Shown one piece after another: positions 20,256 to 33,208 of a stretch of 43,406 nt of DNA. Numbering within the stretch: position 1 is the stretch's first letter; every line of letters starts with the position of its first letter. Location: assembly GCF_000281045.1 (NCBI RefSeq), contig NW_008246129.1, positions 143,316 to 186,721 on the forward strand. The letters run 5' to 3'. The translations under genes were made by a program, and so were the position numbers. This DNA comes from Saprolegnia diclina VS20 (Eukaryota). Under the pieces are notes generated by a model. It made no database searches. It saw nothing but the letters and a program-made list of their open reading frames with translations, and was not told the origin of the DNA.

Positions 20256-20353
20256 GACAAAACACTGATTCGCAGTATGTATCGCTGCTACCCCGTCATC
20301 GAAGGCGCGGGTCGGCCGTCGTGTACGTGAGCCTCGGAAAGTACACGGTATAG

Positions 20354-21502
20354 GTCGTACTCAGTGGGGGTGGATCCCGCCGAGCGGCGTCCGCTGGCGG
20401 CTGGTCGGGCGGCGAAAGTGGTGGCTCGAACCGGGGTGGCGTTAGCACGACCGACGAGGCCAGCGATTGGAGACGCTCTTGCACGAAGCGCGTCGACGAA
20501 CTCCACCAGTCGCTAGCGTCGCCCGCCATCGAGGGCCAGCGGCTTGACCGGTCCATGGTTGTCGAGGAATCGCAATCCGAATTTAGCTCGGTGGAATCGT
20601 CTATTTTGAGATTGAGGATGAACTCGGGCGACCTGAGCCTCGAAGAGGTCGGGAACCTTGAGGACCAGGAGCTCCTCGCGCTCGCTCGCCTCGACGCGCA
20701 ATGCACGGCGCTCCAGGAGGCAGGCAACTATACCCAGGCGCTCGAGGTCATGGAGAAAGGGCTCGTCTTGCGGCAGCATTTCTTCGGCTCCGACAGCGAC
20801 GAAGTCCGCGCCGCGTGCAAAACCGTGGGCGACCTCTGCAACCTCCTCGCCATGACGTTTCTCCAGCAAGAGAACTTCCCCATCGTATTCGAGCTCCTCA
20901 AGAAGGCCGAGATCCTCACGGAGACCAACCCCGCGGGCCGCGCCGTCACGCTCAACAACCTCGCCTGCTACCACCGGCGGCTCGGCCACCTCCAGAAAGC
21001 ACTGAGCCATCTCAACGAGGCGCTAGCAATCGAGGCGACGCTCCTCGACGTGCCCAACCGCGCCGATACGCACCTCAACATGTGCGCCGTGCTCTCGCAG
21101 CTCGGCCGGCACCAAGGCGCGCTCGAGCAGGCGCAGTCGGCGCTCATTCTGCTCCACGAAGAGCTCTTCTCGACCAACCAGATCAACCTCGACGAGAAGC
21201 TGGATCGCGTTGCGGTACTCGGCATCGCGTACCACAACGTAGGCGTCGAGCAAGAGTTCCTCAAGAAGCCCGAGCTGAGTGTGCACTCGTACAAGAAGGG
21301 CGCGGAAGTTACGGCGCAGTACCTTGGCGAGACGCACGGAATCGTCGTGACACTCCGCAACTCGCTGCTCACGGCGCAGCGGTCTGTTGGAAGGAAGCAA
21401 GCGCAGGGCCAGGACGGTATCTCGCGCTTCGCCAAGATCAAGTACCACTTGCGCACAAAGCTCAAGCGGCGACATCCCTCGCGCGTCGCCACGGACGGGT
21501 AA
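20354..21502 (+). CDS. TPR-repeat protein (kinesin-light-chain-type TPRs); first exon uncertain
   Basis: AVTLNNLACYHRRLGHLQKAL, ADTHLNMCAVLSQLGRHQGAL, GIAYHNVGVEQEFL. The frame is open upstream of ATG 20555 as far as an acceptor AG at 20353. Confidence 0.85.
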   Translation, partial: VVLSGGGSRRAASAGGWSGGESGGSNRGGVSTTDEASDWRRSCTKRVDELHQSLASPAIEGQRLDRSMVVEESQSEFSSVESSILRLRMNSGDLSLEEVGNLEDQELLALARLDAQCTALQEAGNYTQALEVMEKGLVLRQHFFGSDSDEVRAACKTVGDLCNLLAMTFLQQENFPIVFELLKKAEILTETNPAGRAVTLNNLACYHRRLGHLQKALSHLNEALAIEATLLDVPNRADTHLNMCAVLSQLGRHQGALEQAQSALILLHEELFSTNQINLDEKLDRVAVLGIAYHNVGVEQEFLKKPELSVHSYKKGAEVTAQYLGETHGIVVTLRNSLLTAQRSVGRKQAQGQDGISRFAKIKYHLRTKLKRRHPSRVATDG

Positions 21503-21566
21503 AGCGTATCGCAAGTGCAGTAGGTATATAGTTATTCAATAGAGGATCTTACAGAAAACAAGCGTC

Positions 21567-21997
21567 TTACTGCTTGCCCTTCTTCTTCTTGAAGGCCTTG
21601 AGCTCCTTCGCGAACGTCTTGTCGACATGCGAACCAATGGCCTTGAGGTCGGTCAAGGCCGCGCGCATGGCCTGGTTGGCCGACTTGCCTACACGTCCAA
21701 TTTGGGCGTCTGAAGCGTAGTATCTTGAATGCACGTACCCGACTGTGTCTGGATGCGGACGTGCATCTTGGGCTCGGACGGATGCGGGATCGTGTAGCCG
21801 GCGAAGTCGACGTCCGGGCTATAGCATCAACATGAGTACTCTCGTTCTTGTCGCCATGGCAGCACGTACTTGCGCATGAGCATGTAGCGGACAGCGTTGC
21901 CGAGGGTATGGTCTTCGTCGTGGAAGACGAAGGTCTTGGCGCTGGCCGACGACGCAGTGTGCACAAGGAGCTTCGGAGCGATCACCGCGGAGGCCAT
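21567..21997 (-). CDS. RPC19: RNA polymerase I/III subunit RPAC2 (AC19), 3 exons
   Basis: TFVFHDEDHTLGNAVRYMLMR..PDVDFAGYTIPHPSEPKMHVRIQT: Rpb11-family signature with the AC19-type PHPSE motif. Confidence 0.92.
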
Positions 21998-22131
21998 TGC
22001 TTGGATCTCGGGCAAATCGAAAATGGGCCAACCAATGGCCGCGTCCGGATAATCGATTGGCCGTACGGATACGCTGGTATCCGGCGGATCATTTTATTGC
22101 CAAGTGACTGCTGCTGAGCGATCTTGCCGCG

Positions 22132-23282
22132 ATGGCCGACTACGAGTACACGCACGTGTCTGACGACGAGAAGCTCAATATCGCCAACCACCTTCTGCTC
22201 TCGGCGCCGCCGGGCGAGATCCGCGACGTGGCCAAGGGTACTAGGACCTTCTGAACCGCAATCTCGACGTGGCGATGCGTAGATGTGACCAAACTCTTGC
22301 CCGCTGGCCTCTTGTCGGATGCCAAGCTTCGTAGTGCGATGCATGCATACAACACGAAGAACTGCGTGGGCGTCATGGCGCCAGAAGGCACGCACCGTGT
22401 CATCATCTGCAAGGAAGGCGAGGTACGCAATACATCGAGCGAAGCATGGCCTCACAATGTGCTTGCGCAGGTCGACCCCACGCACTACTTGGACACGAAG
22501 ACCAAGAAGGTATGGGGCTTTGACCACGTGACGCAAGAGCTCCAAGCTCAGGACGCGCGCGACGCCGCCGATTTGTTTGTGCTGCCGGCAGAGCCCTTCC
22601 GCCTCGCGGTTCACCAAGCGCTTGACGACTACGCTTTTACGCAGTTTGCCAACCAGTACGTTCCTGCATTGCACTGTACTATGAGGCCTAAACGAATTAT
22701 TTGCGCAGAGGCGCGGTGGCCGTCTATGCGACGAGCCCACAGGAGCTTGCGATTGTGCTCTCAACCGAGCGCGTGAACCTACGCAACTACTGGTGCTGCT
22801 GCTCGTGCGACGACGATCGGCACTACAACACCTCGTAGGTCGGGGCGCTGGAAGTCGCAGTGGACGCTGAACCTCGAGACGCGAGTGCTCACGGGCGCGA
22901 TCGACCTGCATGTGCACTACTACGAAGACGGCAACTTGCAGCTGCAGAGCCACAAGTCGACCGAGAAGACGTTGACCTTCCATGTACGCGATTTGCTGCG
23001 TCAGTCCAATGACATGCTCATGGAATCTAGGACGCATCGACTGTCGGTGCGGCCGTTGTCCAGGTCATTCGCGACGAAGAGCACGTCATCCACAGCAACC
23101 TCGAGGACATGTACATCAACATGTCGGAGGAAACGTTCAAGGAAATGCGCCGCGTCATGCCAGGTTGACCGTGCATCTCGCACATGAATTCTTACGCCAT
23201 TGGGATCGTAGTGACGCAAACCAAGATGGAGTGGAGCATCCACGCTCACCGCACGGCCAAGGACCTCGGCCAGCAAAAGTAG
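22132..23282 (+). CDS. CAPZA: F-actin capping protein alpha subunit, multi-exon
   Basis: EKLNIANHLLLSAPPGEIRDV, NLRNYW|SGRWKSQW, GAIDLHVHYYEDGNLQL, MSEETFKEMRRVMP|VTQTKMEW. Confidence 0.95.
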
Positions 23283-23653
23283 GCAGGCACTCTCGAATTC
23301 ATACGCTGTTTTCTGCTCGCCTCTGTCTCTTTCCAACAGCCAGTGTTTGAACCGCTGGATTCCAGTGGACGTACTTGGGCCACTTGCCATCCCCAACCCA
23401 ATGCTACTACAGCGGCATCGCGAACCGGCTGCTCGACCGGTCCGACGGCTCATGCAACGTAAATCCACGATCGACTCATTCTTCCGTTGAGTCGCGACAG
23501 ACAAAATCCGCTGCGACGACGTTTTGCCAAAATGGGTGAATCCTGCGTTTTGTATTGCGCCGTTGTGTGGGTGACATTGCAGAATTGGTTCTCGAAAAAT
23601 GAATTTTATTTTTTTAATTTCGCCAGTTTTATTCTTTGGCCTTTGGCACGACG

Positions 23654-24925
23654 ATGATGACGGGCAACGTGGCGGACGGCAGTAGCAGCAGCCCGACCGA
23701 GGGCAACAGCACTGTCGCCGAGACCCCCGCTGTGGTAGAAAGCAGCAGCAGCGGTGCCGCCGCCTCGGCCAGCGCCGACTCGCAGAAGCGCAAGACAGCC
23801 TTCCGCTTCCGGTGCGCGTCCGACATTGACCTCCTCCGCGAGGTCGTGTATATCCAGCCGTTCGCGGCGCCGCATGGGCAGACGACCGACCGCTGGACTA
23901 AAGTCGCGACGCATGTGGCTCGGATCCACGGCAGCGGCATCACGCCCAACAACGTGCGAAAGCGCTTCGACGACCTCATGAGTGCTTTCAAGCAGGACTC
24001 GCTGTCGACACTCCGCGCGTCGGGCTCGGAGGAAGAGTACCAAGAGCGCGCGCTGCTTCTGCAAGACATCCACGACTTTGTACTCTGCGACGCCTTGCTC
24101 TTAGCGTGCGACTCATGCGGCGTGTAGATGACTGTCTCGAACCACCGGAAGCGCGAGGTCAAGGAAGAATCCGTCGTCCCCGACGAGCGACCCGACTCGT
24201 TTCTCGAGCCACCGAAAACGTCGCTGCTCAAGCGCAAGCTGCCCGAGACGCAGCCGCCGCCTTCCACGATCGACTACTTTCGCACTGCGCAACAGAACCT
24301 TGTCGACATGAACCAGGCCATGTCGGCGCGCAGTGGTCACAACCGGCTCAGCATTGACCGTCGCGTTCCAAGCCTCCACGCCTCCTCTGGCTTCGCTTCA
24401 AGTGCATACGCGAATGGCGCTTTCCCTGGTAACGGTGCGGTCATCGACCACAGCGTGGGCCAAGTCACCGAGGCACAAGTTGATAACCCGGCGAGAAGCA
24501 ATGGTACCGAGTCACTAAATGAGCGCGAGGCCCCCGTCGCTGCCGGCCGTGACACACAAGACCGAGCGGCCAATGGACCACGAGTTGAGAGCAATGACGA
24601 GCCGCCGGTCATCAATATCAATGATGACGACGAGGACGAGGCGCCAGCGCCCAAGGCGCGCCGCACCGAGTCGGACGACCTGCTCGTGATTGTTGCAAAC
24701 GCAGCGTCCAAGCTCATCGACGTGTTTGCGAAAGCCAACGAGATCAAGGCGGGCGAAGTCCAGGTCGCGCTGCGCAAGGTAGAGCTCGAGGAGGCGCGAC
24801 TCGCCTTGGAGCGCAGCGAGCGCGAAGCTCGGTTCGTGCTCGAGCGCCGGGAGCGCGAAATGCACATTGAGTTTATGAAGGGCACGCTCGAGATTCTCAA
24901 GGTGTTTGCCTCGAAAAATTCGTAA
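23654..24925 (+). CDS. Myb/SANT-like (trihelix-type) DNA-binding protein with a C-terminal coiled coil; intron 24080-24127
   Basis: FRFRCASDIDLLREV..PFAAPHGQTTDRWTKVA..VRKRFDDLM..LRASGSEEEYQERALLLQDI, and a C-terminal ELEEARLALERSEREAR. Confidence 0.8.
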
Positions 24926-25161
24926 ATTTGTGTTTTGTTTCTTGCAATTCTTGTGGTTGATTATACTTCGATCGTCCGTCTTTCTAGCGTACCCGGTAAC
25001 TAATTTGAAACGGACAGGGATGCCAACGCATGATACGAGACGGACCTACGCGCCCGATGCCGTCGCTGTACGAGGCATCACCCATGTTGCACGTCCATAT
25101 TGGAGCGCCATAGGTCCCTGATGTCATCCAACAAGCGTACCACAAGCTTCGGGCAGAGACG

Positions 25162-28100
25162 ATGTTCACGAACCAAGCCAAGTCCGCCGAGTCGTCCAGC
25201 TCCACACTCCCTTCCCGTCCGTCATATGTGCCCAAGGTATGTCGGGTTGGCACACGACGTCGCCTCACTATCGCAAGATGCATGAACCGCCGCAGATGCG
25301 GGAGCTACGAGACAAGAACCGACGCCCCGCAACGCTGCCTCGGGACGCTACGGTAAGCGCAAAGGCCGTCGCCTTACGGTCGCGCGGCCGGCGCGAGTCT
25401 GTTGCTGCAACGCCCGACGACGTCACGACATTGCTGATGGCTCTCGGTTGAACGCTAGCGAGCGGCTCGTATGGAGTGACGCATTCTCTTGTAGATATAA
25501 CGCACATGCAATGCGCGACTCCAAGTTTAACGCGCCGCGGTAGCCAAGTGCCCATGGACTTGCCGACCTATTTGTCGCTGATTCTGACCAACATGGAGCA
25601 AGCCAATGTCGTCCGGTTTGACAAGGTGCGCTTTCGTTTTGACCTCTAAGTTCTTATTCTCGTCAGGTCGACATGACGATCAAGCTCTCGCAGGTCTTCC
25701 ACAAAATCGACAACGACGAAGACGGCTTGGTCACGATGAGCGAGTTTACGTCCTACATTCTCGACGCTGCCGCAGGTCCACGGCAACATGTTTCGTTCCA
25801 ACCGCATGTGTATTTGTGTAGGCTTGTCGGAGCAAGCAGCTGCAAGTGGCCTTCACGAGGTGCGTGACGATGACTCGAAGTAGTTACGCTGTCGATGCGT
25901 AGTACAACAAGACCCCGACAATGGCAACCTCAGTTTTAACAAGGCCACTCGAGAAAATGGTGCTCACCTACGGACAAGGCACGAAGCTGACGCCCTCGTA
26001 GGTGTACCTTCCAGAAGCGAACCATTTCGTCGCTGTGGAGAGCTACAGCAAAACGTTCCAGGTCTACGATACGCACGACGGCGCCCTCGTCGCGACCTCG
26101 GGCATCTACACCGGGTGAGTCGAGTCTCTTGGCGTTTGTTTGACGCTGCGCGCAGCGGGGTATTCGTGGACGCAATCCACGTCCCGGCGCTCGATTACGT
26201 CGTTACAAGCACGACCGACGCCACGATCAACTGCTGGGATACGACCGAATTTCGTTTGCGCCAGGTATCACTACTGATATCGACAGCGCTCAGCGTCGAC
26301 GTAGCAACTGCCGACGACGGACGTGCAGACCGTTCTCCAGTGGAACACACCGTTGCGGCGCTTGTACGCTGCTTCCGTTGCCGGCGAAGTGCGTAGTATC
26401 GCACGCCCGCGCGAGAATGAAATGAAAACTTAGATTTCGGCGTGGAATGTGGATACGCTCGTGCGCGTTGGTGGGTTCCAGACGCACGTCGCTGACGTCA
26501 CGGATGTTGCCTTTGCCCAGCAGTCGACACTCGCCGTAGCCAGCTTGAGCGCCGGCATCCGCATCTATGACCTCGGAACCCACAAGCTTCTCAAGACGCT
26601 CGAGGGCCACCACCACGGCGTATCATGCCTTGGGTACGTTGCGGACCAGCAGTACATTCTCAGCGGCGGCATCGATCACGACCTTCGTGTATGGTGCATC
26701 TCGATGACTAGTGTTGCGACGCCTCACATGTCTGTCAAATAGCTCTGGAATCCGTACGTTGAAACCAGCATTGCGCGGCTCAAAGGTGCTGCCATCTCGA
26801 TGCATTGAGTTTATACCCTGCGACAGGGCACGAGCACCAGCTCGTGGGCGTGGAGTGGGTCGAGGGGACACACGAGATCCTTAGTGCCGACGAAGCCGGC
26901 TTCGTACGTGTCTGGGACATTCGCAAATACCGCTGCGTTCAAACACTCGCCGCGCTGCCCACAGCCAAGCCGACGAGCAAGACCAAGCCCGTCACGTACG
27001 ACGCGTCTATTGAGCTATTGCAGATGGTATGGTAGCGCAATGCTGTACGTCCCGACGAAGAAACGCATCGTGCTTGCTTCGTCTGCTCTTCAGTTCCACG
27101 ATGCGTACGAGTGGAACGCCACCAAAGACAATAGCGTACGTGGGTACGGCGACAGGACAATAGCTATTGTCGTGTAGGATGTCGTGAGCCATGCCAGCTT
27201 GGTCGTGTACTTGCCTTCGTGCATGTACCTCGTGAGTGTTGCAGGCAGGTGCGTTTCGACGCTCGACACTGCATCTGTAGTCGAACGAGTAGACATCTCC
27301 GCGTATGGAATGCACACACGGGCGCGCTCTTGCACAACCTGCGGCATGTGACACGAACCAGCATCTCGGCCGCGTGCCACGGCGCTGGCACGACGAGCTA
27401 CGCAGGCACGCTCGACGGCCACGTCTACGTACGTTGCTTCCTTTTCCAACAAACGTCGAAGACCAGCAATAGCACATCAACGCCACGAACGCTTCGATTC
27501 TCAAGGAGAGGGCGCTGCACACGCAAGAGGTACGCAATGCAAACTTTGCGGCACATTTTCTGAGGCGTGCCTAGGTCACGGGGTTGAGCTTGCTCCAGAC
27601 AAAAGGCGCACATCGCCTTGTGACGATCGCACTCGACGGCACTTGCGTCATTGCCGACATGGTGTCCCTGTCGCCGCTCGCCGCGCTCAACCACTGGCAC
27701 GGCGTCAACTGTTTTCCCGCGAGCCGCCACGACACTGGCGTACGCGTCGTCCCGGCTTGTCGGTTACTGAAACACGGTGCTAGAACGAAGCCAGCCACGC
27801 GCACGCCTACCACGTGCCGCCCGACATGCGCGAGGTGTACCCGGACTTTGCTCTCGATGCTCTCAAGCGCATCTTTACGGTCTACGACCCGCAAGACATT
27901 GGCGTCGCACCGCTCAGCGCCGGCCGGGACCTCTTTGTTGCCGTCACGCGCGTCGTCCAGCGCACTGTGTACCGTATCAACGAGGCGTACGTCGCGGCGG
28001 CCCTCGCAGCGTTCGCGCCGCGGCGACCTGGCGCCATCTTGTTTACCGAGTTTCTTCACGTACGTTGGTCGACATATTCGTGGAAGCTCATGACAATGGC

Positions 28101-29493
28101 TCAGCTCGTGCTCGATACGTGGCACGGACGCGGTGCGGTTGTTGCTGCTATCACAGCCATAGCGGTCTCGGCCAAATACGACGTTGTCGTGACCGCGTCC
28201 TTGGACGGGACCTTTTGTGTGTGGAGTGCAAGCACCAACATTCCAGTGATGACGAGTCCGCTGCACATGGAGGCAGGCATCACGGCGCTTGCGTTTCTGG
28301 AGCCCCACCCGCTCTTCGTGCTGGCTGACGACCACTGCGGCGTGTCCGTGTACTGCATCCCGCCGCACCCGTCGCGATACCGCCGACTCTACGAGTTTCG
28401 CGACTTGAGTGCGATCGTGCGCTGTCTCCTATGGTGCCCACCCCACATCGTTCTCGCAGGCGACGACCTCGGTACAGTTGATGCCTGGTATGAGGCTATT
28501 CAAAGCACGGCCAGGGCGCGTTACGCAGCTGCAAGTCTCGGGCTTCTTCCACGACCACGCAAAGGAGCCAAAGCAAAAGACGCACCTTCGTCGCCTTGGC
28601 ACGCAACAATTAGCCGTGCGCGAGATGCCCAAGCGCATCGAGACCCGGCGCTTTAGCATCCACGAGTTCCAGTACACGCGATCCGGCGATGTCGACGCTG
28701 TCGCGACGTGGCCCGCACACACGGACGCTGTCTGCAGCCTCCAGGTCCTCCATTGCATGACACATCTCGCGTAGCATTGGCGTAGGCGTGCAGTGCGGAA
28801 GGCCAACCCACGCACGCGGTCGTCTCATGCGGGCTGGAAGGCGCCGTGTATGCGTGGACGTGCACGGGTGCGCCGCTTGGTGCACTCGACACCAACAACG
28901 TGTGACGGCGTGTATTTGTCAGCTCGTTCACGTCGCCATGCGTAGGCGAGCTCGCCCAACCAAAGCGAGTGGCGATTGTTTGTGAACCCTTCGGCCTTGC
29001 ACGTACAACACCATGCATTTGAAGCACGAGCAACACCCATCCTCCATCTAGGGCTCGGTCGAGCGGGCGAACGCCATGAACTTCCTCATGGCACGAGACT
29101 TGCAGGTTCAACGTGCTGCAGGAAGTAAAACCCTCATGGTTCAATAGAAGACGTCGGCTGTACGGGCACCAGTACCGCCAGCAGCATCAGGTCGCCGACA
29201 GCGTCCAGCAGAGAGTCCCGCCAATGAGCTGCCGCTGGTACACTGAGCGTGATGTTTTCTCGCACTTCCGTTCCCATCGCCTAGATCCCGCGACCGCCGC
29301 CATCGGGGCAGCGCACGCCCACGCTATTTCGGCCAGACGAGTTCGTCATGAGCGACGGGTAGGCCGGTCGACTTGGCGTAGCCGACATAGACAAGGTCGC
29401 CGTAGCGCGACGAAGAGCGCCATGCGCCTTCAGCGGGCACTGGACAGCCTTGAGCCTGCCAAGGTCCCGAGTCGGCCATCGCCGCCAAAATAG
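25162..29493 (+). CDS. EF-hand + WD40 repeat protein (WDR49/EFCAB8-like), many exons
   Basis: EF-hand FHKIDNDEDGLVTMSEF. WD40 repeats TLEGHHHGVSCL..ILSGGIDHDLRV, GHEHQLVGV..VRVWDIR, VVTASLDGTFCVWS, WPAHTDAVCSL. Ends approximate. Confidence 0.8.
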
Positions 29494-29797
29494 AGGTGGC
29501 ATGAGCCATCGAGTCAGGTCCGATCTTGTTCTTCGGGCAAAATCTTGCGCCAGATGGGCGAGTATTTTTATTCCGATTAAATTAAATACGTTGGCTCTGC
29601 AATTGACTGGAAAACGTCTGCAACGGCGACGAAATATTATTCCGGCGGGGCTCGGTTCGAAATTCTTCGTGGAAATCGGTCATTTTCACCAATGAAATCG
29701 CTTTGTTGAAAGGATTTCATCCAATCAAACGTCGACGACACGTGAAGATGCTTTCCGTCTTTAGTTTCGGAAATCTCGAGCGAGAGGAAGAGCGACG

Positions 29798-31336
29798 ATG
29801 GCGGCGATGAACCTCAGCCGCGAGCAGCAGAATGAGCTTCTCTTTGTCGGATTCAACCAGGACTATGGTACACGAGCTTGACGATGGGCACGTGATGGTC
29901 GGCTTCTCATGACGCCCTGCGTAGGCTGCTTTGCCTGTGGCACCGACACGGGCTTCCGCATCTACAACTGCGACCCGTTCAAGGAGACTTTTCGCCGAGG
30001 TAGGCGATGCGCCCGCGATGCAGGGCCTCACATAAGTGCGACAGACTTCTCCAGCGGGGGCATTGGCATCGTCGAGATGCTATTCCGCTGCAACATCCTT
30101 GCCATTGTGGGCGGCGGGCGCAACCCCCGCTATCCGCCCAACAAGGTTATGATCTGGGACGACCACCAGAGTCGCAACATTGGTGAGCTCAGTTTCCGCA
30201 GCGAGGTCAAGGCCGTCAAGCTTCGTCGCGACCGGTGCGTCCGCGGTCCTTGGGTTGAGTTGCACTTATCGCCGTTGCCTCCAGGGTTGTTGTCGTGCTC
30301 CAAAACAAGATTTACGTCTACAACTTTGGTACGTTGTACATGCGATGGCGTGCTTGAGCACTCAAACGACGTCTCTTTTGTAGCCGATCTCAAGTTACTG
30401 GACCACATCGAGACGATCGCGAACCCCAAGGGCCTTGTCGCGCTCTGCCCGAGCTCAACGAACACGGTCCTCGCCTGTCCCGGCGTCTCGCGCGGGACGG
30501 TCAGAATAGAGCTCTACGACCAGCGCAAGACGACGCTTATCACGGCACATGAAGCCGATCTTTCTCAAGTCAGATCCCCGCAGCACGAGAGAGTCCTGAC
30601 GCTGTGCCCGCTAGATGTGCCTCAACTTGGAGGGCACGCGACTTGCGACAGCGTCCGACAAGGGCACGCTCATCCGCATCTTTGATACGCAGAGCGGCCA
30701 GCTAATGCAGGAGCTGCGGTACGCGGCTATTGTGGAACGAGGGCGCCACTAAGCTGTGCTATGTTAGGCGTGGCGCCGACAAGGCAGAGATCTACAGTGT
30801 GTGCTTCAGTCCCAACTCGCAGTACCTCGCGTGCTCGAGCGACAAGCACACGGTGCACATCTTTGCGCTGACAAAGGAAGGCGGCGGCGCGGAAGGCGCG
30901 GCGCCGCTCTCGACGTCGGCCCACCGCAACAGCCAAACGGGGCAGCGCTACTCGTCCGGGTCGCTCACACAGTCGACGCCCATTGCCCGCGAAGACGACA
31001 GCACAGAAAACTCCAAGTCGAACTTTTCGTTCATGCGCGGGCTCTTGCCCAAGTACTTTAGCTCGGAGTGGAGCTTTGCGCAGTTTCGCGTGCCCGAGAC
31101 GCGGTACCGTATGCTCTGCGATACCACCATCATCATGCTCATGTATAGCACCATCTGCGCGTTCGGCGTCGACAAGAACACGATCATTGGTACAGCTCGC
31201 TCGCTGCGTCGCCACCTCATCCTGTTGTCTAGTCGTTGGCGCCGACGGCTCGTTTTACAAGGCGGTCTTTGACGCGAATGGCGAGTGCGAGCGCACGTCG
31301 TACTCCAAGTTTATCCAGACCGAAGACGACGAGTAG
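29798..31336 (+). CDS. ATG18: ATG18/WIPI3-like PROPPIN autophagy protein, multi-exon
   Basis: [96 protein letters not shown]. Confidence 0.95.
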
Positions 31337-31390
31337 GCCAACGCCGCCGTAACGTAACGAGCCGTACATGTACCAAGTCTGTGGGAGCGA

Positions 31391-32557
31391 CTAGCTCTTG
31401 CGGGAGTACGGAGCGTGTCGGGGCACGTTGGGGTCGTACTAGCAGCAACCGTAAGCAAGGAGATACCAGGCATTTGTTACCATTTCCCAGCGCGACGCGG
31501 GAAAGATGTGCTTGTTGCGCTCGTACCACAGGCGATGGGTGACCTTGCCTGGATGCGACTGCAGATCATGAGATGAAGTCGCGAAGTGATCGGACGCACC
31601 TCGTCCTTCTCGACGCGCACGTCGTTGACCAAGCGCACGTCGTCGTGCACGTCAAAGTGGAACAGCGGGCCGGTTTTGCCGCGGGCCTTGGTCACAATCA
31701 GGTCGTAGAACGACAGTTGCTAGCACCATGCAATGAGGGATGATACAAATGATGAGCCAGAGAGTACATGCGGGATGATGAGGTCTTCCTTGATGTACAT
31801 GAGGTCGTCGATGCTCACGGTGCGAATGTCGGGAAACTCGGCCGCGAGCTCCTTGCGCACGAGCTCGAGGAATTTGCCAATCGGCGTCGCCTTCTCGACG
31901 CTTAGCTCGCGCCGATGCCCGGCGCCGTCCCAGTAGCTGAACGTCACGCTCAAAAGCTCCTTCTTGATGCGATCTTGGGTCTCGACCCACTCTTTCTGCA
32001 GTGCGGCCTTCTCTTCCTCGAGCGCAGCTTCGCGGTCCCGGTCCGGAAGGAACGCTGTTTCGACAAACGGACACTTGAGCTTCTTTCGCTTCGCAGGCGC
32101 GTCCGTCTCGTCGTCGCTGTCGAGCGAGAAGGACATGGTCGCCTTCTTCTTCTTTTTCTTTGGTGCTGGCTTGACCACCGACCCATCCCCCATCTTAGTG
32201 GCTTCAAGGGCCGGCTCGGACGGCGCGAGGCAGTCTTCGCGGCGCTTCCGGTACTCTGCAGCAGTCACTAGGCCGATCGTCTGGCGCTTAAACTCGGCTT
32301 CAGACGATGCATCTGTGTGCGAGAGGAAGCTCTTGTCGATGCGCGACCCACGGGCATTGTCGGCCGCGATCTGCTGCTTCTTGGCCACGAACTCCTGCTC
32401 CTGCTGCTCACGCTGCTTGGCGAGGCTCGCCGCGCGCTTGCCAGCGACGACGCCTTCGACGGTGTGCACGCCCGAGGACCCGTATCTACGGAGCGCGCGC
32501 ATGAGCCACGGACGGCCATCGGCGGCAGCGATGACGTCACCTGCGGAGGTCGGACAT
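31391..32557 (-). CDS. XAP5: XAP5/FAM50 nuclear spliceosome-associated protein, multi-exon
   Basis: [90 protein letters not shown]. Confidence 0.95.
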
Positions 32558-33208
32558 CGTGGAGCGCTCTGGTTCGTCGACCGCTGGAGCGCGTGATATC
32601 TATTGGTGGAATGCCTTCGCCCGCGGGGATTGGCCAATGACAAAAAGGAGACAAACTTGAAGTGCCAATGCCGTTTGTAGGGTTTGGCGCAACGGCAATG
32701 TGCAAGCGACACCACGAGTGCACATGCCCTTGACATGCCCAAGCGGCCATTCCATTCTACAGCGTCAGCGCAAATGCTGCAAACTAAGCTTAGCTCTACT
32801 GCTAATATATGTACCTCAATGAGCAACCTTGAGGCCAAGGCGCATATCGAAAGACTTGGATGAGGATTCTTGGCGCCTTGATTTCACCTGCATGGACTTT
32901 ATCAATGCGACCGAAGAGTAAGACCTGGGAACGCTTGCTACCGAGTGCCATGGAGACGCACCACACGGAATCCTCGTGGTGATTGTCGGTCGCCTGTGGA
33001 GTGAGCAGTGGCGAGCCAAAAGAGTCGCCAAACCCCCTTTTCGTCAGCAAGAACCCTATTTCGACGACCTGCAGGATACCGAGACATACAAACTGCAAGA
33101 GGACCACGTTAGCATCAACAAAGCGTATCTTCCACGCACTTAACCGAGCGCCAACGTCGTACTACAGAGGACGTCCGTGGCAGATCTTGGACCACAACGA
33201 AACAAGCG

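Noticed and set aside
20513..21531. Long antisense and alternative-frame ORFs over the TPR gene (and similar ones elsewhere, e.g. 21982..23037, 35624..36505)
   Set aside because: Expected shadow ORFs from high GC3; no domain content.
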